Below are positions 40,913 through 50,514 of a stretch of DNA of 64,000 bases, piece after piece. Origin of the DNA: Chlorokybus atmophyticus. Lineage: Eukaryota > Plantae > Mesostigma and Chlorokybus algae. The notes beneath the pieces are model-generated. The model saw only the letters and a list, made by a program, of their open reading frames with translations. It was not told where the DNA came from and made no database searches. The stretch lies in NCBI GenBank assembly GCA_009103225.1, contig RHPI01000638.1:620001-684000 (forward strand), written 5' to 3'. Position 1 is the first letter of the stretch. The number at the start of each line of letters is the position of its first letter. Both the position numbers and the translations under genes were made by a program.

Positions 40913-43900
40913 GGGTAAGTGTCCCTAATTTCGGCCATACAAGGCAGCAGGCTTGTCAACTACCTTTTTTACTGGTTTTTTGGCGGTCATGCATAAGGCA
41001 ATGTTGTTGTGCCGGATGTAAGCTACACGCCCATCATTTTTTCTGATTTTCTTATTTTTCTGACACATATAGCGCCAGGTATGAGGCTGCAAAGTAGGGT
41101 GTGTGTGAGGGGTTGTCAAAAATGGCATGCACCCTAATGTCGGCCGGTGCCAACTACTGCCCAAATCTGTAGTTGACGTCTGTGTGGGTAAGGGTTAGCA
41201 TAGCTGGCGGCGGCAGGCAGCGGCGGAGGTGGGGTGGGGGGCGGGGGCGAGGTGGTATATGTGCACAAGCATGTTGCTGAGAAGAATAACTGGGACAAGA
41301 GCAAGGTCCTGATTGAGGCAGCAGTGGCCGGCGTGACAATCTGGTCGATGGTGGCTCAACACAACATGATCTCCGGCAAACCCAAAAGCAGCACCAAGGG
41401 CATCAAGNAGGGTTTTCCATCGCTATGTCTAGAAGCCTACTTGTGTAGGGTTCTGCTTGCGTGCTCTCCAGCGCGATCCTGCCTCACGACAGTCAGAGCG
41501 CCGCCGCTGCATGTTCCAGCAGTGCTCCTCCGCCCAGTCACCAAATGGTTCGTGCTTCTCGCTCACTCATGATATGGGGTCCCAATTCCACGAGTTGTAA
41601 TGCTCAATTGCCTCCCTTGATTCTTTTCTCTCCTCTCCTTTTCTAGACGCTGACCCTCCTCTATCTCTCTTGCAAGCTGCTCGGCTGCATGTTGCTTGGC
41701 TAACTGGGCAGCTGCACGCTCAGCTGCCTTGGCCGACTTGGCTTGTTGCTCTGCTGTTTTCTTGGCCGCAGCTTGTTGCCTCTTCGCTTCTAATTTTTCA
41801 GCACGCTTGCTCGCCTCTGCTTGCTTGTTGCTCTTAGCTGCTGCCCTTGTTGCCTTTCGTTGTTGCATAGCTGCCATCTTTTGTCTCCTTTCTTCTCCTA
41901 CTTGAGCTTGGCGGTTTCTAATATCTTCATGGGTGAGCCACTCTGCTGTCTTGAGCTTCACTCCTATCTTCCTTTTCTTGGGCCGGGGCGGGAGCTTCTT
42001 GCTGTGTCTCTGGTCCATCTCTAGCTGCACCTGCAGGTGTATCTTCTGCAGGAGTAGCAGTTGCTGGTGCATTAGCTGCGGCCCCTTGTCCTCAATGGCA
42101 TCAAGCAGGGTGTCAAGTGCTCCGCGCCTTGGCTCTGGAGGCAGGTATTTGTCAACTGCGCTATCGTTCCAAGGAGAGATGCCTGCATGGTGCATGCACA
42201 TGTCAAGACGTGCATGCATGCACATGCACATAGACTTGCATGCACGCACGTGTTAGTATGCTGCATGCTGCTGTGTGCTCACCGCATGCTCTGAAACCAG
42301 AGATGATGTTGTTGTTGCTGAGCCTAGCGTGAATGCTTGGCACAAGCATCTTCAGAAAGTCTTCGTTGGGTAAGCCCCTCACAATTGGGTGGAGCTGACT
42401 CCACGCTCTATACTCTTGCTTGTATCTTGCTTTCATGCTGCTGAAACAGGCCACGTCGAGTACTTGCAGTCTGTGTGTTGTGTGCGGTGGCAAGACCAGC
42501 ACCTCCAAGCCAAGGGACTTGCACTTGTCTATGGTCTTAAGATGGTATCTGCTAACATGCCCATCTCATATGAGCAGCGCAGGGTTATCAACACTGAGAC
42601 CTCCGGGCATGTGGCGAGCCAAGTGATCTATCCAAGTTGCAAAGTGCTCAGTTGTCATCCAGGCATTTTCCTGCACTGCCAAGGAGCCACCAGGTATGGA
42701 CCATGCAGCATTCCACTTAGGTACACATGAGCACCGGCTAGAATAGCAGTGCATGGGATGGCACAACCAGCTCCAGTAACGGCTGCCATGACGGTGATGT
42801 GTTGTCTACCACCTGCTGTGCCTAGTTGAGCCCACTTTGACCCACTGCATGTCAACACTCAGTAAGTGCACATGCTTACACATGCTTGCACACGCATGCA
42901 CATGCATGCGTGCTTCTCACCTTGACGATCACTGTCCTGTTCTTCATGCAGGACTCTGGCTCAATCCCCACTTCGTCACATGACACAATGCGTTCAGGGC
43001 CTATCTTAAGGTATTCAGTACACGCTTCAGCTGCTGAAAGTAGTTCTTCACGATCCACCGCTTGAAACTCGTTCTCCTGCTAGCATCCACAGGTTTTGCT
43101 ATGCGCTTGCTCAATTTGTGCCTGCCTCTAAAACTCTGGACCCTTTGCGTCCTGGAATGCCGTTGGCAAATTGGTGTCGCCTTGGGTTCTTCTGAAGTCG
43201 CTTGGCAACATACACGGCTATGTCTTGCTCTGTCATGGCTTGTCCAATGTCGTTGGAGTATGTCAACACCTCCACTATCTCAGCTTCTTCCTCCTCTGTT
43301 AGCACGCAAGGCCTACCAGCTCCCCTGTCAACATGCACACGCACATGAGCTTAGTGCACGACCACCATCATGGTATGATACCCCCCTTACTTTTTAACAC
43401 TTACTTGTAGTTTTGCAGGCGATTAGGGGTTTTTATGTAGTCTGACAGAGTGGAGGTAGGGAGTCCACATTCACGTGCAGCTTCAGCCAAAGACATGCAA
43501 CCTGTCTCCACCGCGTGAAGAGCTTGTTGCACCTCTGGCAACATCTGCTTGCGTTGTTACTTGTTGATGTAGGGGCCCCTCTTGTGCTTGCTCGCCCGAG
43601 CATTCTCAAGCAGATGCACACTCTTGCTGGTGACACGCCTGGCGCCTGATGGTGCTGTGCGCCTCACCTGAACAAGGATGCAACATGGGCTAGGATATAA
43701 CATGGGCTATGATGCAACATGGCAGCAACAGCAAACTTCCCAACACGGGAGACAACCACTGCCAACACTGAGCCCCCCTTGTAGCTGATAGTTGTAGCTG
43801 CAAGTAGGCACCATTACCTGTATATGAGAGCCACCAGAACTCATGTGCAATACACTCATTGGCCTTGCAATGCTTGTCCGCACACCCACACTCACCACCC

Positions 43901-44440
43901 CACCGTCACCCTCACCCACACACCCACATCCTACTTTAGCACTTGTGCATGCTAGTACACGCTCACAGCATGTCACTACGACTGCTGCAACAACCCACGC
44001 ACTCCTAAACACCCCCGCAGTGTCAAACCATACCTCCCCACCTTTGAAATGCTTACGCGTTAAGCCTAAAAGGGAGGCAACCTAACTCTTGCATAAGTCT
44101 ATCATTGTGCGTGCAAGTTTGGTAGAAGTTGCATCTACTCATACATAACCCATTGCAAAAGACCGCATGCCAAACAAGTACGTAGGTAGAAAGTTATAGC
44201 TGCTAGGAGGTACAGAAGATGTTTTTCGACAATTGGCGCCTTAAGGTAGCCATTCAAAATCATGTAGGCAGCGCAGTACTGCGTCAAATCGCGCAGTTTT
44301 AAGTTCAATGCGTCCGTCTAGGTGCGCTATACCAGCTGATATCTTTCTGGCGCCATCCCAGCTCGGATGACGTTAGTTGTCAACAAAAACGTTGCTGTGG
44401 CCGAAATTAGGGTACACGCCGAAATTAGGTACACTTACCC
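40913..44440 (-). mobile_element. Fot1/pogo-like (Tc1/mariner superfamily) DNA transposon with TIRs and TA TSD
   Basis: TIR gggtaagtgt(c/a)cctaatttcggc (22/23 match) at 40913 and 44418-44440, with TA on both sides. Minus-strand transposase: RPCVLTEEEEAEIV, IVSCDEVG, NAWMT, LLI.DGH, LVLPPHTTHRLQVLDVACF and a Lys/Ala coiled-coil tail (41563-43344). Frameshifted. Confidence 0.9.
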
Positions 44441-45349
44441 TAGACAGACGCTGGCCCTAAAGAGATAGGTAGACAGACACTGGCCCTAAATTGGCCAATA
44501 CACGGTTTTTGGCGAGTATCTTGTTACTCCCTTAAGCAATCGCGGTCAAACTTATAGGTTAGGTACAAGTGTCCTACACACTCAAACAAGTTTTGAGGCA
44601 AACGGACAAGTGTGGCGGCAGAATTATCAAAGACATATTACAATTGGTGTTGGTGTGCCTCATTGTATGGCCGTATTTTAATTGCTGTTAACTTTTGCAT
44701 ATAATATGGACTGGGGTTTCTTTCTACATGTTTTCCTAGGTCATGGAGAGCTTACTTTCTAGGTTTATAAGATTCGGAATGAAATTGCAAAAGTTATATG
44801 TCACATTTTTTGCATGCAATGCGTAAGCAAGTTTGGGTGTGCCTTTGTGGTGGGAAGGTGGGAAGAAAACAAACGTTGTGGGAAAGGTGTTGGTTGCCGT
44901 GCTTTGCTTGTGTAGACAATGCGTGTGTGGGGGGGAGCGTTGTGGTTGCTGCAAGTGTATGGTTAGGCTGGTTAGACACGTCAGCAGCAATATGGAGATG
45001 GGAGAAGTGGCATGGAAGTGCGGCGTGTGTAAGGCAGGCAAGCAGGCAGAGTTGCACGCAGTTGCACATTGTATTACAAAGAGGTTGCTACTATTGGCTA
45101 CCACGACTGCTGGCTGCCTATGGTCGCCTCCACAAGCAGGGTGGGTGGCTTACAAAACTGCACAGCTTTTGGCATCATTGCGGCATGGCCGCTTAGACCA
45201 TACTAGTTCATCATGTGCTGGCTGTCCATGGCAACGCAGGACAAACGTGGTAGAGTTAGGACACCTGCATGAGCCAAAAGGTAAAGGGGCAGAAACCACA
45301 TCGTCGGCATGCCTGACATTTAAAGAGCATTGCGCGCCATCAGTAAAGG

Positions 45350-45930
45350 CTGTATGAGCATCAGCGAGGCACAACCTAAACTTGGCATCCCCAGGATTAA
45401 CCTTTGCTGCTGTGCGAAATCAACCGTGCTGAACAGGTATAGGCGAGTGACAGGTTGTGAATGCAAGTGCTGACTATGCTGATGCATATGCACAACTGAA
45501 TGCATGCAGGGGTGCTGGTCATGCAACTGTGTATGCTGATGAGGAGGAGGCGTCACTTGCTCAGTTTATTGTCAATGGCAACAAGTGTGGACGAGGGGTG
45601 ACGTGGACTGCAATATGTATTAAGGATAGCAAGAGGTTAGCGGGACATGGGCGTGCAGCGCTGTGTGCAAAAGGCATACCTGGGAAGAAATGGTGGCAAG
45701 GTTTCAAGCGGAGGAAGGGGCACCTCTCGCAAGGCTGAGGCGTTGACAAGGCCAGTAGATGTGCGCTGAAAAGGGATGTTGTTTACCATTACTTTAACTT
45801 GTTAGCGAAAGTGGTGGAAGAGCTGGGAGTGGGTCCAGAGCGCATCTTCTCTGCTAACAAGGTTGGAGTCGAATTCGACACCACCATGCGCAAGTAGAGA
45901 GTCGGCTATGAGAGGCAAGTGTGTTAGCTC
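45350..45930 (+). pseudogene. Second Fot1/pogo-like transposase remnant (N-terminal part)
   Basis: MSISEAQPKLGIP, TVYADEEEASLAQFI, GIPGKKWWQGFKRR, LGVGPERIFSANKVG. These parallel the 40913-44440 transposase (GIPGRK, IGPERIVSCDEVG). Confidence 0.7.
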
Positions 45931-47413
45931 AGCTGCACTACAATGTTGCGTGTCGCAGAATTCACTGTGCTGTACCTTAACATTATGCATGTCATGCAGT
46001 GGTGCACGGTGGGCTCAAGCAGCAACAACAGGAAGCGTGTAGCAAAATCCGGGGTTACACTTATTGCAAATGGCTTGGGTGCTTTATAGTTGTAAAACGG
46101 GTTAGGATAGGCCAAAAACAGCTGTCACTGCATGTTTCATGACATTTCTCCAAGGATGAACATTATAGTTATTATAAGCAAAGTGCTGATTCCTACATGA
46201 AAACATGGCAATGTTTACATTAATTGCAACAACGCAAGATATATGAAGCAACATCCATGGCAACATCACACACAGCAAAAACATCACCAGCATCCAGTAC
46301 AGCAACTTGCGTTACCTTGGTAAAGATTCACACTTAGCTAAAAATGTATAGCCCTAGCTAATCTGATTTACAACACCTCAAGATTGGCTTCATGCAGCTC
46401 GGCCTGTATGTGAAACAAGACTCCCTCACTCCTTTCCACGTCTTCAGCTTGGACTTGCTCCGAATAAGTCTTTCATTTTGTACTCCCGTTCTGGAGTAAC
46501 CTTACGTGCACATCGCAGCAAGTAAGGCGGCACTCTTGCCTTTGTTTTGTTGAGGCGAAAGGAACCACAAAGACCGCTTTGGCAACTCTTGAGTATTTAC
46601 ATGTTGTTGCGTGAGTCGGCGGTAGTAAACACCGGTAACGTAGAGGGTGTCCGGCAGCATGTTGCCGTAGCTGTTCGCACGGGTTGTGGAGTTACCACTG
46701 CGCTCTGTCTCTCCTACGCATTGATGCACACAACAAGGTGCTTCCCTGTCGTGGTCTTCAGCACTTCTATCTGAAGATAAGACGAAAAGATCCCTCTTTT
46801 TCCCAGTCAATGCCAGCGCCTCTTGGTTACTATTAGCGTCTGCAAATCAGCATAAATTTAATGGGCATCAAGCCTTGCAAGATAAACGTATATATATGTT
46901 AACTTGCAAGCTTAGCAATATCGGACATGACGTTTATTTACGAAAGTGCTCGGGCAGGCAAGCATTGCAAGATATTGATTGTTCATTAACTTGAAAGCTT
47001 AGCAACGTCTGACATGACATTGAACATGCTTAGCGAGACAATCTTGAAGCAACGTTTAATGCAACTTTGCTTATTTAGTTACCGCATGTCCAAAGTTTGA
47101 TACTTGCTTACCTCTTGCTCTGCCTCTTTCGTTCGCATTAAGCAACAGCTGCTTCCACCTGCCCGCATACTTCTGGTTGACGCAGCTGGAATACAGCTCC
47201 TTGACACATGGTGCACAGAAGCAAGAGAGGGCACGGGACATAAAGCAATCTGCTTCACCCGTTGCTTGCACGGCATGAAATGTCATTAGGCATGCATGTC
47301 CTGTAATTGCACCCTTCCGATTTATGCTCAACCTCCTTATAATCTAGAAGATGAAAAAAGCTCTTCTGCACACACGCCTCGCCTTCTCGAGACATATAAG
47401 AGGATACAGCTCC

Positions 47414-47936
47414 TGTCACAGCCTACTCGACCACAAAAGACTTGGTGCTTTTATGGTCGATTTGTGGTAATTTAATGTACCTTCCCGTTACATTCCCCCC
47501 CACTTAAGAACGCTGACGTCCTCGGCAGCTGCTCGCTCAGCTGGGGAATTACCCAAGGGGTTTGTTGGGGTCGGTCACCGGCCCCACAGCCAAGGACCGG
47601 CCAATTTAGGCCCATACCGGTCAACGCGCGCATAGCGAAACGATGCCGGCCCCACAGGTCGCGTCGCCGCGATAGGCAGGTCGCGCCCTGCCGCGCCGAC
47701 TGAACTGGTCAGTTTGGCGCGACTGCCATTAGGCAAGTCGCGACCCATCGATGATGGCACTTATAACGTGACCATTTACGATTATTGGATCGAGAAACAA
47801 CGACCGGAATTCGTGTGCAAGGCAGGAATCGAACCCGGGTCTCAAGCTCCGATCACCAATGTCACAGCCCACTCGACCACAGAAGACTTGGTGCTGTTAT
47901 GGTCGATTTGTGGTAATTCAATACCTTCCCGTTACA
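47414..47936 (-). mobile_element. TRIM (terminal-repeat retrotransposon in miniature), 523 bp, non-coding
   Basis: TG...CA direct repeats of 79 bp (47414-47492) and 77 bp (47860-47936). Perfect 5-bp TSD gctcc (47409-47413 / 47937-47941). On the minus strand: PBS tggtgatcggagc after the 5' LTR and PPT aagtgggggggaa before the 3' LTR. Excision restores the host frame ANEHLGRGA-VSSYMSREG. Confidence 0.92.
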
Positions 47937-48963
47937 GCTCCTCTGCCCAAGTGCTCATTGGCATAATGTGCTGCAGACTTAGCATTGACAATCTGCTCTC
48001 CCTGCAACACTGCCCTGTCGAGAAAGCGCTTCAGTGTTCCTCTCTGGCCATCGTGCTTTCCTTTACCGTGTTGAGGGCAAGGATAATGCCGCTCCAGCTT
48101 AATGTGACAATATGCCGCCGGGTCTTCGCATGCAACAGCTGCTGCAGAGCCGGAGGGAACATGCACTTTAAACTTTGCAATGTCCAAATTGCTCAGCGTA
48201 CTTGAATAGTACGCTGCAGTTACCACGCCATCTGACGATTATGTGTATATTAACGTCCCTGCCCCGATACCCCCCAAGAGTCTTCCAATGCAATGATGCA
48301 CCATGAAGCTGTATTTGATGGTATCATTAGTCACACCTGGACAGCCGGCAAGTTAGCTATGATAGGTCAATGAACTCATCACGTGCTGCTCTACCTCTTT
48401 CATGTGGACAGGCTCCTCATCTGTCGACTTAATGTCATCGACCTCAACCTGGGCATGCCGACGCACAATCATGACATAAATCACGACTAGTGCGGACTGA
48501 AAGTGCTGCTGCATCAGGTCATTATTGGGGCGAATGGTGTAGGTCTCTGAAGAGTCACCGATAGTGACGATGGTACCGCGATTGAACGCCTGGAAGCATT
48601 GTCGTTGCTGCGAAGCTTGCCACGAACCTTTACAAGCGTGTCAGGGAAAGTTTTCCATCATTGGTCGACATCTTACACGAAATGCTGAATACGTAAACGA
48701 CTGCTTGGCAAAGTCCACATGTTCGTACTCCCTGATATAACCATCAGCAGCGCGCCCTCTCTGCTTTTGCTGTTCATAAATAGACGGACATAGTCGCGTA
48801 GTGACGTCTCGCAGATCTGTAGGACAGTTTGAAAAAAGGTTTTCCCGGCCACAACGTTTGCATTCCCCTTTGACACAGCGCTCCTTATACTCTGCACCAG
48901 GTTTCTTGGGGCACATGATGGAGGTTACATCGTTTGCTAATTGGCTAGAATCCATAGTTACAG

Positions 48964-49165
48964 GACCTCAAAGATCTCAGGCATTGCAGACGCAAGGGAT
49001 TTGCGGACATGAGATCTTGGAGGTCTAGTAACACAAAGCCACCACAGTTCCTACACCTCAAAGATCTCAAGCATTGCAGGAGCAAGGGCTCTGCAGATAT
49101 GAGATTATGGAGGTCTAATAACACAAAGCCATTGCAGTAGCTGGACCTCCATGATCTCAGGCACG
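48964..49165. repeat. About 2.2 copies of a 90-bp tandem repeat, each full unit an imperfect hairpin
   Basis: acctc(a/c)a(a/t)gatctca recurs at 48965, 49055 and 49145. In unit 1 gacctcaaagatctca pairs with tgagatcttggaggtc. Confidence 0.85.
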
Positions 49166-50327
49166 CTTCCCGGCATACAATTGACCTACAGTGCTAATAA
49201 CACAATTTTGCGAGACTGAGAACTCCAACACCTCAAAGTGAAACGGTTTGGGTTTTAAACTTAACATCCAAAGTTTGGGTGCGGTTCATTAAACTATAAG
49301 CTGAATGCAAAAGCATCTGAAGAACCGCAGAGTACGACATCCGTATAAACGTGTATGCATAAGCTTTTGCATGCGGATGTGCTTGAATAATTGTGCGTGT
49401 GTGGACAATACATGTCGACTGTGTGTTCACCTAATATAAATGTGTATGCGTTGTTGAGGATCGGACTACTACACACATGCACATGGATTGGGTAGAAGCA
49501 CTGAGACACACATGCTACATCTTGAGCATACACACATGCACAACTGCCTCACAGGAGCATACACGCGCTACATTGTGTCCCCTACAAGCATTACGTAAGC
49601 TATACTCAACCTTTTACGGCGCTGTAAGTTGCGCTGTCTTTCTCACAACCAGCGCTTTCTAACAAGCTCTCACGCGCTTTGTAAGGCTGAATATACACTG
49701 AGATACGAAGTATCTTCTTGGCGTCTAGTCTGAAGTCCGGACTCTGGCTGAGCAATGTCTTGCCAAGTCCGTGCTCCGCCTTACGAAGTTTTTTACTTCA
49801 GTGTGGAGTGGTCGATGCTGATCGTATGTAGAAATACTCTCAACAATCAGTCCTTATGCCATAACCACTAGTACATTAAGGACTTAGCCATTTCAAGCTG
49901 ACCGAGCTTGTCTATGATATGCACTCAATAATGCAACTATGCAAGCCAACCTATAACATGCGTGAGCTTTTGCATGCAAATGTGCATGAATAATTGTGCA
50001 TGTATGTACTATACATGCCGAATGTGTTCACCTAGTGCCAGCTTCCCTGCTACAGTACACTGTGCTGACACGGCGGGGGGGTAGGTGTGTGTGCATGAAA
50101 TGCTTGACTTGCAACTTGCTGTGTGCATGAAATGCTAGCTGTTGCAAATTACGTCCAAATTAGTTGTAAGCACAAGATTCTACACCAGTGTGTGAAATGG
50201 TTGCATTACAATATCAATCTGCAATTGCGTTAAAAATGAAACAAGATTGTCATGAACGCAAATGTGTTACCTGCTGGGTGGCGCCATGTGTAATCCAGCC
50301 GGTAAATCCCTCCTGCACGAGCGCTTT

Positions 50328-50514
50328 NNNNNNNNNNNNNNNNNNNNNNNNNNNNNNNNNNNNNNNNNNNNNNNNNNNNNNNNNNNNNNNNNNNNNNNNN
50401 NNNNNNNNNNNNNNNNNNNNNNNNNNNNNNNNNNNNNNNNNNNNNNNNNNNNNNNNNNNNNNNNNNNNNNNNNNNNNNNNNNNNNNNNNNNNNNNNNNNN
50501 NNNNNNNNNNNNNN
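50328..50514. other. Assembly gap followed by poly-C
   Basis: N run in the sequence. Confidence 0.95.

Larger units (their letters stand above)
46500..49800 (-). mobile_element. Degenerate Sola2-like DDE transposase (superfamily inferred), interrupted by a TRIM
   Basis: Fragments CPKK...CVKGECKRCG, SDG, HIKLERHYPCPQHGKGKHDGQRGTLKR, SRALSCFCAPC...C, NMLPDTLYVTGVYYRR. HGKGxxDGxxGxxKR is the motif I recall for Sola2. Element ends not found. Confidence 0.55.

Noticed and set aside
48964-49165. CRISPR-like array
   Set aside because: Eukaryotic context; the whole 90-bp unit is repeated and diverged, with no unique spacers and no cas genes.
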